A stretch of 37,210 nucleotides of DNA from Desulfobacterales bacterium (GCA_012974315.1 JAAXQI010000085.1:1-37210); one strand, 5' to 3'. Positions 19,507-27,278 are shown, counted from the stretch's first letter. Made by a program: numbers and translations. The notes: a model not told the origin generated them from the sequence alone.

Positions 19507-21471
19507 TCATATTTCATGCTGTAATTCAAGAGTACATTCGCTAACATTGATCAGTTCGGTCCCGGCAAGTGGTTGTTGAGATACAATTCGGCCACTCCCC
19601 ACAAGTTTTACATCCATATTAAAATGCTGAAGAACCTGTAGCCCGGCACGTAGACTTTTCCCGGTAATATCAGGCATGTTTTTCTTAAGATTGTCTGACA
19701 GTGCTGCAGGATCATCTTTTTCAAATGAATGGGAAGCCGAGTTATTTGCAGACCTTGTCCCTTCATTGTCCCAGAAATCCTGGGAAGGGGTTGGCGGGGA
19801 CATGGCAGCGACATGAAGCATTGTTCTAATCATGTCCTCATCCGGGCTAAGGATTGAGAATTTATTTCCAAAAGCTGCCAATGTATCAGGAGAGACTCTG
19901 TCACAGCTGTCTGGATAAGAAAGGACAGCTATCATGGTCAGTTCAGGCTTTTCTCCTGGTATGGCACCGATCATAATACTTTGGGAAAGATACGGGGTTT
20001 GATCAGTTAGATCCTCTTTTTCAGGTGTTGCATAGTTATGCGCCTCGAAAAACATTGGAGTGTCTGATTTTCTGCCCTTTCTGCCAAGCTTCAACCATTT
20101 TGTTGCAAGGAAATCATTTAAGTCTTTGGTCGTGTTGGGGTTAAGGACAACCTTTTGCTCAGTTGCATTTAAAGTTGTCTCAAATGGAGTGGTGATGCCC
20201 TTCTGGTAAGCCTTGTACAGCAAATGCGGAGTGACAAGTCTGCCTCCATTTACCAGGGTTGTAAAGCCATTTAAAAGTCTCATGGCAGAAGAACTGAAAG
20301 ATGGGTTAATAATAAGGGAGGATGAGACGGGTGTTTCGTCTTTAAGCGGCAAATCTGCCAGAGGCTTTTGGCCAAAGCCCAATAATTGCGTAAACTCGGC
20401 AAGGTAAACCGGATCGATATCATCGACCCGGGGAGCAACCGACAATTTTCTTCTTTTTTGTTTATCCGGAGCGAGAACAGTTACAGGGTTTGATTCATCT
20501 AAATTTACAAAAGATCCAGACTTTTTTTCATTTTTTAAATTGAAGGCTGCAGCCTGTTGAAAAATAAGGGCCAGTTCTCCAGGATAAACTGGTTCAGTCA
20601 GAGCATGATTACTGAGTGCAGAACTGGAGAACTCCCAATAGCTGTTCGGGTTGAACGAAGGAAAACTCGCCAGGGCAAGAACTGCGCCTGTATTTGCGTT
20701 CATCAGGATAATCGTACCACTGGAGGCTCCAGTAATTTTCATCCTTTTATCAAGGAAGCGCTCAATTTTCGACTGGATCATCAGGTCAAGATTTAACACC
20801 AGGTGCGTGCTGGAACCGCCAAACTCTGTTTCAGGGGCATAGTTCAGCGTTTTAAGTTCTGCGCTACTTATTTCATCTCCCCGCAGTAAGGAATTATATT
20901 GAAACTCAATACCATCAAGTCCCTGGCCATTCTCGACAAATCCCACCACATGTGCAGCTTTTTTAAAGTTTGGGTAAAAGCGTTTTGTCTCGACAACCTG
21001 ATAAACACCTTTCATATTGCGCTGCTTTATAGCGTCTGCTTTTTCATGATCAATTTTTTGGGCAACCCAGATAAACCCTCGTTCACTTTTCAAGTTTGGT
21101 AAAAGTTTGCTTTTTTCCAGTCCTAGAATTTCAGCAAGTATGGCTGCAGAAGAATCAGGATCTTCCATTTCCAGGGGACGTGCATAAATGGCATAGGTTT
21201 TATATGCGGATGTAAGGGGCCTGAAGTTCCGATCATATATATCTCCTCTGATAGAGGAGGGGGGGGGAGTGGAAGCTATTACTTCTCCGGGATGGTTTTG
21301 TTGAATCCAGCTAAAAACTTCGTTGAGGGTATATAACTTGTCTTTATGAAACAATAAGGCCCCGGATCCCAAAAACAGAACAAGGGCCAGGAGGAGAAGG
21401 CGCACTTTCCTTCTTTTCTCTGCCAGTAATTTCCGTCGTCTCCTGACGTGTGTTTTAGCGTGCTCAGTCAT
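19507..21471 (-). CDS. FtsI/PBP3-like class-B penicillin-binding-protein homologue with degenerate transpeptidase motifs and a C-terminal PASTA-like module
   Basis: N-terminal TM segment. PBP dimerisation-domain blocks (RGDIYDRNFRPL, RFYPNFKKAAHVVGF, GLDGIEFQYNSLL). Transpeptidase scaffold blocks retained (PSFNPN, LLGFGQKPLADLPLKDE, LVNGGRLVTPHLL, IGAIPGEKPELTMIAVL). The SxxK position reads PGELAL (nt 20566-20580), and no SxN or KTG is found in the expected context. C-terminal module MPDITGKSLRAGLQVLQHFNMDVKLVGSGRIVSQQP. Confidence 0.8.
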   Translation of the reverse strand: MTEHAKTHVRRRRKLLAEKRRKVRLLLLALVLFLGSGALLFHKDKLYTLNEVFSWIQQNHPGEVIASTPPPSSIRGDIYDRNFRPLTSAYKTYAIYARPLEMEDPDSSAAILAEILGLEKSKLLPNLKSERGFIWVAQKIDHEKADAIKQRNMKGVYQVVETKRFYPNFKKAAHVVGFVENGQGLDGIEFQYNSLLRGDEISSAELKTLNYAPETEFGGSSTHLVLNLDLMIQSKIERFLDKRMKITGASSGTIILMNANTGAVLALASFPSFNPNSYWEFSSSALSNHALTEPVYPGELALIFQQAAAFNLKNEKKSGSFVNLDESNPVTVLAPDKQKRRKLSVAPRVDDIDPVYLAEFTQLLGFGQKPLADLPLKDETPVSSSLIINPSFSSSAMRLLNGFTTLVNGGRLVTPHLLYKAYQKGITTPFETTLNATEQKVVLNPNTTKDLNDFLATKWLKLGRKGRKSDTPMFFEAHNYATPEKEDLTDQTPYLSQSIMIGAIPGEKPELTMIAVLSYPDSCDRVSPDTLAAFGNKFSILSPDEDMIRTMLHVAAMSPPTPSQDFWDNEGTRSANNSASHSFEKDDPAALSDNLKKNMPDITGKSLRAGLQVLQHFNMDVKLVGSGRIVSQQPLAGTELINVSECTLELQHEI

Positions 21472-21480
21472 TTAGCATTA

Positions 21481-21681
21481 CTATCTCCGCAATGTTGATG
21501 CATTAAGTTTTAGTTGATTAAATATGTCCTTCTGTCCTGTACTTGCAACCATAATGAGCTCGACAACCTTCAAAGAATCGGCATTCAGATCGTCAAAGAA
21601 AGATGTGCCGGGCATGACCTTGTCCTTATCACCACTTGACTGTTCAACAATGAAATCATTCAGTATCTCGTTTGTTGACAT
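21481..21681 (-). CDS. Small acyl-carrier-protein-like ORF (66 aa) with a DSL phosphopantetheine-attachment-type motif
   Basis: MSTNEILNDFIVEQSSGDKDKVMPGTSFFDDLNADSLKVVELIMVAS... lines up by eye with the ACP helix I-II pattern (..I...L......V....SF..[8 protein letters not shown].VELVM). GAGGAG SD lies 8 nt upstream of the ATG at 21679-21681. Tightly packed between ftsL and the ftsI-like gene. The C-terminal part is shorter than canonical ACP. Confidence 0.5.
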   Translation of the reverse strand: MSTNEILNDFIVEQSSGDKDKVMPGTSFFDDLNADSLKVVELIMVASTGQKDIFNQLKLNASTLRR

Positions 21682-21730
21682 ATTCAATTCTCCTCAAGTA
21701 TTTTGAATTCCGTTAGTGTTCTAAGTTTAA

Positions 21731-22099
21731 TTATGGATAGCGGAGTTGGCTTTTAGTGGGAAAGTACAGCCCGATTCCCTCGGCAGCTTTCTCTATATGT
21801 TCCTGGGTCAGCATCAAATCACGTTGAGCAATCAGTATCCTGTTTTCGCTCGCCAACTCAGTATTGGTTATTTTGTTGCTGCCTATTTGATCAAGAGCTA
21901 ATTGAACCTGCCAGCCGTACCAGATAGTTGAAGTAATACCAATAACGACGGTTATAAGAAGCATTGCCCCGAGTGCTTTCCACATGAGCATGGTTACAGA
22001 AAAGAAATCCCTGGACGTTGTGGCTGCCTTTTTTTTGGGAGATTTTTTTTTGTTCCTGCAATTTATTGCGACATAGGTGCCAGAATAATCATTAACCAT
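21731..22099 (-). CDS. ftsL: Cell division protein FtsL
   Basis: Bitopic protein: basic N-terminus, TM segment ALGAMLLITVVIGITSTIWYGW, then a heptad-rich region and C-terminal IEKAAEGIGLYFPTKSQL typical of FtsL. Conserved slot after rsmH. Start placed at ATG 22097-22099, which has GGAGGAGAG upstream (the longest ORF starts at TTG 22123). Confidence 0.7.
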   Translation of the reverse strand: MVNDYSGTYVAINCRNKKKSPKKKAATTSRDFFSVTMLMWKALGAMLLITVVIGITSTIWYGWQVQLALDQIGSNKITNTELASENRILIAQRDLMLTQEHIEKAAEGIGLYFPTKSQLRYP

Positions 22100-22119
22100 T
22101 TTGACTCTCCTCCCTTTGA

Positions 22120-23079
22120 TCAACCTTTCATGTAAGCTGCCCGAAGTTTTGCGCTTCTTGAACGAGGATTCATCTTGATCTCCTCGTCACTCGCGGTTAC
22201 GGGTTTTTTAGTTAAAATTTCCAGTAATGAATTGTCTCTGAATTTCCACTTGACCAATCGGTCTTCCAGGGAATGAAATGTAATAATGCAGACCCTGCCT
22301 CCCGGTGTAAGAATTTTCGTGATGAAATCGAGTATTGCTGTCAGATTGTCAAGCTCTTCATTGACGGCAATTCGTAGAGCCTGAAATACCTTTGTGGCTA
22401 CATGGATTTTTCGGGGGTGGAATTTTTTGGGAATAGAACTGGAAACAATATGAGCAAGATGCGAGGTCGTGCTAATATATTCTTTCTTTCTCTCTTCAAC
22501 TATATGTGATGCGATACGTCGGGCCTGTCTTTCTTCGCCAAAGTAATAAAAAATATCTGCTAAATCATCTTTGCTGAAGTTGTTAATTATTTTTTCTGCA
22601 GTAGAATGTCGTCGCCTGTCCATCCGCATATCAAGTGGGCCGTCTGCCTGAAAACTGAATCCTCTTGTTTCGTTGTCAAACTGAAGTGAGGAAACGCCGA
22701 GATCCAAAAGCACCCCGTCAACTTTTTGAATACCCATTTCAGTTAATCCGTCCATAATTTCTGAGTAACTCCTGTGCTGAGCTGAAAAACGCTGGCCAAA
22801 AGGTGAGAGTCTCTTTGTGGCCAGTTCCAAAGCATTGGCGTCCCATTCAAAGCCAATGACCTGGCCGGAGGGACTGCATAATTGCAGAATTTTTTCAGAA
22901 TGTCCCCCAAGACCGAGGGTGCCGTCAACATATATCCCGCCATCAACCGGGGCCAGAAGCTGAGTAGCTTCATCGAGAAGAACGGGAATGTGGATTGGTG
23001 GGGATGTTTTGGGGTCAGAGGATTTGGCCATGGGGGGGCAAGGATTTTTCTTAGGAATAATTTCCCCCTCATGAGTCAC
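22120..23079 (-). CDS. rsmH: 16S rRNA (cytosine1402-N4)-methyltransferase RsmH (MraW)
   Basis: HIPVLLDE, VDGTLGLGGHS, LLDLGVSSLQFD, SLEDRLVK, RSRSAKLRA. The longest ORF starts at GTG 23079. An alternative ATG at 23029-23031 (MAKSS...) is equally plausible. Confidence 0.9.
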   Translation of the reverse strand: MTHEGEIIPKKNPCPPMAKSSDPKTSPPIHIPVLLDEATQLLAPVDGGIYVDGTLGLGGHSEKILQLCSPSGQVIGFEWDANALELATKRLSPFGQRFSAQHRSYSEIMDGLTEMGIQKVDGVLLDLGVSSLQFDNETRGFSFQADGPLDMRMDRRRHSTAEKIINNFSKDDLADIFYYFGEERQARRIASHIVEERKKEYISTTSHLAHIVSSSIPKKFHPRKIHVATKVFQALRIAVNEELDNLTAILDFITKILTPGGRVCIITFHSLEDRLVKWKFRDNSLLEILTKKPVTASDEEIKMNPRSRSAKLRAAYMKG

Positions 23080-23093
23080 GGTATTCCCTTTTC

Positions 23094-23573
23094 TTAAAGT
23101 ATGCCCAGGGCGGATAGGCTCTGTTCAAAATCGCTGAATTTGTCTCTGGTCAGCTTTCTTTCCTTTTCCCATGCAGCTTTATCCCAAATTTCGAAGTGAT
23201 CAAGCATGCCATTCAGCACCACATCTTTTTTCAAATCAAAATCCGTCCGTAATGTTGGCGGCAGGAGGATTCTGCTTTGTTTGTCAAGGGAGCAGTCAGT
23301 AACACCGGAAATAACATAGCGCATGAAAGAATCCATTCCGGGTTGCTTCTTACCCTGAACAAGCAGGGTAGTTTCGATCTGTTCCCAGATTTTTGCAGGA
23401 AACGCCTTTAAGCATTTATGCCAGTTGGTGACCATTAAGTTTTCCTGGTAATGGTCCTGAAGCACATCCCGAAACCTGCTCGGAATATTAAGCCTCCCCT
23501 TACTGTCCAGCGTATGCTCTGAACGGCTGCGAAATCTGTTTGTCGATGCTTTGCTGTTGCTTGATTTGGGCAT
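23094..23573 (-). CDS. mraZ: Transcriptional regulator MraZ
   Basis: Duplicated SpoVT/AbrB-like halves, DSKGRLNIPSRFR and DKQSRILLPPTLR. First gene of the dcw cluster. Confidence 0.95.
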   Translation of the reverse strand: MPKSSNSKASTNRFRSRSEHTLDSKGRLNIPSRFRDVLQDHYQENLMVTNWHKCLKAFPAKIWEQIETTLLVQGKKQPGMDSFMRYVISGVTDCSLDKQSRILLPPTLRTDFDLKKDVVLNGMLDHFEIWDKAAWEKERKLTRDKFSDFEQSLSALGIL

Positions 23574-23577
23574 GAGC

Positions 23578-23617
23578 CCACCCCTTTGTTCCCTTTTGTC
23601 CCACTTTACACCACTAG
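23578..23617 (-). promoter_or_regulatory. Four tandem 10-bp MraZ-box-like direct repeats (putative MraZ operator) between promoter and mraZ ATG
   Basis: Read 5'->3' on the - strand: CTAGTGGTGT / AAAGTGGGAC / AAAAGGGAAC / AAAGGGGTGG, then GCTC ATG. Exact 10-bp phasing of a GTGG/GGGA core. The proximal unit overlaps the likely RBS. Confidence 0.55.
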
Positions 23618-23625
23618 GGGTATCT

Positions 23626-23653
23626 TTTATAAGAAAACTCCGCCCTGTGTCAA
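23626..23653 (-). promoter_or_regulatory. Putative sigma70-type dcw promoter (Pmra equivalent)
   Basis: On the - strand: TTGACA (23648-23653), 16-nt spacer, TATAAA (23626-23631), about 55 nt upstream of the mraZ ATG and immediately upstream of the repeat array. Confidence 0.55.
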
Positions 23654-23853
23654 GGAAAAACTAATAAAAAATGAACTGGTAGTAGGGAGGGTGACTCGAC
23701 GTTATCTCTTGAAACAGACAATCTATACATTATGTTGTGTGACGTCTTATTGCAGACCACAATATGATGTGGTTTGCCTGTTTTGGGACAAATGAGTTTT
23801 TTTGTACGGAATCTGTTAGTGGAAAAGATGCTTTTGGGCAGAACCGGGTAGGG

Positions 23854-23877
23854 ATGGAATGGAGTCTACCATTCCAT
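23854..23877 (-). other. 9-bp perfect stem-loop overlapping the stop codon of the RNase II/R-family gene (possible attenuator/insulator before the dcw promoter)
   Basis: ATGGAATGG (23854-23862) / CCATTCCAT (23869-23877) with a 6-nt loop. No U-tract follows it on the - strand, so it is not a canonical intrinsic terminator. Confidence 0.3.
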
Positions 23878-25860
23878 TTTTAAAATATTGCTTAAGGCGC
23901 TTACTTTGGACAGTTTAATCAGAACAGTATCCCCGGCAGAAACTTTGAAGGCCTGGTTAAACGGCAGGTCAACGTCAAGCAGGAATTCTTCCAGAAAGAG
24001 ATGTACGCGTTTTGGACCATGGTTGATAACAGTGGCAGGAAGTCTTTCACCTGCCTTTGCTTCCAGATATTTTAATATCCAATAGCGCTGGCGTTGATTT
24101 TTGACCTGGTTGGCTTTATCAAGGGTTGTGAGAATAATGGATCCAAAATGCTTCATGTCTTTTTTGCTGAAAAAAACTCCCTGACCTATGAGCAGGTTGC
24201 TGATCTGAAGCTGCATGATCAGGTCCAGAAGACGTCGGATGGGAGATGTGACGGTGGTGTATTGTGGTGCACCAACACCGCTATGGATTTTGGGGGTAGT
24301 TAACAGGCACATTGGAGATAAGCGTTTCCGCTGCTGAATAACCTTGGTTATATCTTTTTCGAAGCCGTCGATAATTCTTTGGCGGGGTTCCATCTGGCAG
24401 CGGAATAAGCCTGGCGCTTCCCTGTCAGCCACGAACTGGGCTCCAAGCGTATTTGCCAGAATCATGAACTCAGCGATAAGAATTTTGCTGGGTGTGTCAA
24501 CAGCAGATGTATTTATCTCAATGGTGCCATCAGGCTTTATCCTGATATTTAATTCCGGCACGGGCAAGAGTAAGGCCCCATTATTTACCCGTCTTTGCCG
24601 CAGTAACTTACTCAGTGCAGCCAGGAAAGCCAGCTCCTGGTCCTGATTAATTAACCCGTTCGCCTCGTCATAGGTCAACTGTCGTTTCACCGAAATAATA
24701 CTATGGACCATTTCGTATTTGAGAACCTCTGCAGTGGGGCTAAGCAACACTAATAAACTTACGGCTGGACGTACCTGGTCTTTGAGAAGGCTTAATTTGT
24801 CCTCTGACAGGGGAGCGGGGAGCATTGAGATAGGGTTTTCAGGAAAATATAGAGAAGTTCCCCTTTTAAGTGCTTCATCAAAGAGAGCGGTTCCCGGTTT
24901 TACAAAAAGGCCCACATCTGAAATATGAATGCCGACAAGATAGTTCACACCCTGTTTTTCAATGTGAAGTGCATCATCGAAATCCCTGGTTGTGGGACCG
25001 TCAATGGTCAAAACAGGCAAATCCCTGAAGTCTTTTCTTCCAGCATCAGATAAATCTTTTACAGAGGGCAATTCGATTTCTTTAACTTCAGCGAGGACAG
25101 CTTCGGAAAAAATTGTTGGGATATCTTTCTTAAGAAGGGGGATGTTTTCATTTTTATCCCAGACTCCGGCTTTGACCAATAGGTGAAAGATATCATGTGG
25201 CCCTGTCAGTTGAGCGCTTTTGGTAAGCTTACGTGCCAGTTCATGTTGAGGAGCCTCATTGTCAAAAAGATAGTAATCCTGGAGTATCTGCAAAGTTGTC
25301 GTTCCCTCCTCCCAATTGGCAGGAATCTTCCCCTCTTTCCAGATTTGACGCAGGGCTAAAGTGTTTTTGGTAATAAAAAACTCCTCCTGTTTTTCTTTCT
25401 CCTGCATAAATTTTATCTGCTCAACGGTTTCAGGTGAATGAACATGGATATTGCCTGTTTTGTATTTGAAATAAAGTCGGTCAGCGATTACAGATCGAAG
25501 GAAAGCGGCGGCTTGGTCGTCCGTGGGGTCGTCACCAAAAAATAAACTTGCCAGGAAATTAACCTCGTAGCTCTCTTCAGGTTTTTCAGAGACAAGTCCC
25601 CAAATCTCATCAAGATTAATTGTTTGTGCCAGTCCTTCTCTCTGTTTTGAGGTTTCCTGCAGGGATGAAATGATCTCCTCTCTGGAGTGTTTAGCAGAGA
25701 TTTTCTCTTTGGTGAAGTGGACAATTCTATTGAGCGGCAAATTGAGTTCTCTGCTGTTCTGATTAAGCAATCGAAGCCGGTTTCCATTATCATCGAATAC
25801 AAAAGCACAGATGAATTTGCCGTTTTCCAGATATTCAATTATCCTGCCGTCTAGTGTCAT
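23866..25860 (-). CDS. RNB-domain exoribonuclease (RNase II / RNase R family)
   Basis: RNB catalytic motifs TIDGPTTRDFDDALHIE, HISDV and TSPIRRLLDL. C-terminal S1-like beta region. Confidence 0.85.
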   Translation of the reverse strand: MTLDGRIIEYLENGKFICAFVFDDNGNRLRLLNQNSRELNLPLNRIVHFTKEKISAKHSREEIISSLQETSKQREGLAQTINLDEIWGLVSEKPEESYEVNFLASLFFGDDPTDDQAAAFLRSVIADRLYFKYKTGNIHVHSPETVEQIKFMQEKEKQEEFFITKNTLALRQIWKEGKIPANWEEGTTTLQILQDYYLFDNEAPQHELARKLTKSAQLTGPHDIFHLLVKAGVWDKNENIPLLKKDIPTIFSEAVLAEVKEIELPSVKDLSDAGRKDFRDLPVLTIDGPTTRDFDDALHIEKQGVNYLVGIHISDVGLFVKPGTALFDEALKRGTSLYFPENPISMLPAPLSEDKLSLLKDQVRPAVSLLVLLSPTAEVLKYEMVHSIISVKRQLTYDEANGLINQDQELAFLAALSKLLRQRRVNNGALLLPVPELNIRIKPDGTIEINTSAVDTPSKILIAEFMILANTLGAQFVADREAPGLFRCQMEPRQRIIDGFEKDITKVIQQRKRLSPMCLLTTPKIHSGVGAPQYTTVTSPIRRLLDLIMQLQISNLLIGQGVFFSKKDMKHFGSIILTTLDKANQVKNQRQRYWILKYLEAKAGERLPATVINHGPKRVHLFLEEFLLDVDLPFNQAFKVSAGDTVLIKLSKVSALSNILKMEW

Positions 25861-25981
25861 GTGCTGAGTTATATCCTGTTGACCGGTTAAGCCGGCATTG
25901 AGTATTTTATATTTTTTAAGAAGCCTGACGGCTTACCATGTATTCATGGTGTCGTAAAGCTATGAATTTTGATGATTTCGG

Positions 25982-26217
25982 AAATAGTTGATTTCTCCAA
26001 AGGATGGTTTAATGAAATCAACTGGTTATAACCACCATGCCGTCGGTTGCGCGGCTTTTCGCGAGACCGACAATTTTTATCTTACAGTTAAATAGTTGAT
26101 TTCTCCAAAGGATGGTTTAATGAAATCAACTGGTTATAACCACCATGCAATGATTGACAGGCAGACACCCGCGGTTTTTTGCGAGACCGACAATTCTGAC
26201 TTTAGAATAAATAGTTA
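25982..26217. repeat. Tandem direct repeat: two full units (25982-26089, 108 nt; 26090-26208, 119 nt) plus the first 9 nt of a third
   Basis: A 59-nt core is 100% identical at 25982-26040 and 26090-26148. A variable segment follows (10 vs 21 nt), then a conserved tail GCGG(C/T)TTT(-/T)(C/T)GCGAGACCGACAATT. The core holds a 10-bp inverted repeat AGTTGATTTC-N18-GAAATCAACT and a 12-bp perfect palindrome TGGTTATAACCA. Confidence 0.9.
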
Positions 26218-26224
26218 GTATACT
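26196..26224 (+). promoter_or_regulatory. Candidate era promoter
   Basis: CTGACT (26196-26201), 17-nt spacer, TATACT (26219-26224), about 100 nt upstream of the era ATG. By-eye match only. Confidence 0.35.
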
Positions 26225-26325
26225 ACTTATCGGTTTTTTTTAAAAAGGGGACAGATTTCAAATCTGCACCTCAGTTGCCAACAACATTAATAGATTCAAT
26301 TATCATAAGGATTTTTTTTAAAGAG

Positions 26326-27219
26326 ATGCAGGAAGACACTATTAAATCAGGCATTGTGGCAATCGTCGGCCCACCAAATGCGGGCAAGTCCACATTGATG
26401 AATGGTTTGTTGGGGCAGAAAATTTCAATTGTAACACCGAAGCCACAAACAACCAGAAACAGGATCATCGGTATTCTTAATGATCCATCGTATCAGATTG
26501 TTATGCTTGATACACCTGGTTTGCATAAGGCAGATAAACCTCTTAACCTGGAAATGGTAAAAATAGCAGTTTCCAGTCTTTCTGAGGTTGATGCAATCCT
26601 GTTCCTTGTCGATGTTTCCCGGTCCGTACCTGAAAAGCAGAAAAAGACGGTTGAATATCTCAAGGGAATAGCATGCCCCGCAATCCTGGTTTTAAACAAG
26701 ATTGATCTTCTGAAAAAGGATCAAATCCTGCCGCTTATAGAAATGTACCGTGATATTTATCCATTTGCCGCCATTATCCCGATTTCAGCCCTTATGAATA
26801 ATGGTACAGATATCTTGCTGCAGGAACTTCTTCGTCTCCTGCCTGAAGGTCCCAGGCTTTACCCTGAAGATATACCGACGGATGCAACCGAGCGTTTTAT
26901 AGTTGCTGAGATTATCAGGGAGAAGATATTTCTCCTGACCGGGCAGGAAATCCCGTATTCAACAGCAGTTGTTATAGAGAGTTTTAAGGAAGACGAAGAA
27001 AGGTCTCTGGTGACAATTCATGCGACAATAGTTGTGGAGAAGTCTTCACAAAAAGCTATAATCATAGGAAAAAAAGGTTCAAAGTTGCAGCAGATCGGCA
27101 AAAACTCACGCTACGACATTGAGAAACTTATGGCACAACGGGTTATGTTAAAGCTATGGGTCAAGGTGCACAAGAACTGGACCAGTGATATGCGTTTTAT
27201 TCGTGATCTGGGACTGTGA
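26326..27219 (+). CDS. era: GTPase Era
   Basis: G1 GPPNAGKSTL, G3 DTPGLH, G4 NKIDL, and C-terminal KH domain (IIGKKGSKLQQIG). Start placed at ATG 26326 (MQEDTIKSGIVAIVG), not the longest ORF start at 26275. Confidence 0.95.
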   Translation: MQEDTIKSGIVAIVGPPNAGKSTLMNGLLGQKISIVTPKPQTTRNRIIGILNDPSYQIVMLDTPGLHKADKPLNLEMVKIAVSSLSEVDAILFLVDVSRSVPEKQKKTVEYLKGIACPAILVLNKIDLLKKDQILPLIEMYRDIYPFAAIIPISALMNNGTDILLQELLRLLPEGPRLYPEDIPTDATERFIVAEIIREKIFLLTGQEIPYSTAVVIESFKEDEERSLVTIHATIVVEKSSQKAIIIGKKGSKLQQIGKNSRYDIEKLMAQRVMLKLWVKVHKNWTSDMRFIRDLGL

Positions 27220-27252
27220 GAAGGAGTACCAGAAGATATTTTCAATCCCGGC

Positions 27253-27278
27253 AACTGGTAAATTCCCGGCCAGTTTTT
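27253..27278 (+). terminator. Weak candidate intrinsic terminator after era
   Basis: AACTGG (27253-27258) / CCAGTT (27270-27275) with an 11-nt loop, running into TTTTT (27274-27278). Confidence 0.3.

Noticed and set aside
21259-21267. G9 homopolymer (C9 on the coding strand) inside the ftsI-like gene, and a G7 run at 23032-23038 in rsmH, as possible slipped-strand phase-variation switches
   Set aside because: Both simply encode Pro-rich segments (TPPPSS, PCPP) in frame within essential-type genes. A single window gives no evidence of length variation. Worth a glance in read data, but not a supported claim.
23586-23795. 69-aa + strand ORF upstream of mraZ
   Set aside because: It lies on top of the predicted dcw promoter and MraZ-box array on the opposite strand. 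It has no RBS and an odd composition. The region is better explained as regulatory DNA.
25982-26217. CRISPR array
   Set aside because: There are only two full repeat units, the repeat is much longer than the 'spacer', and no cas genes are in the window. The architecture is conserved-variable-conserved rather than repeat-spacer.
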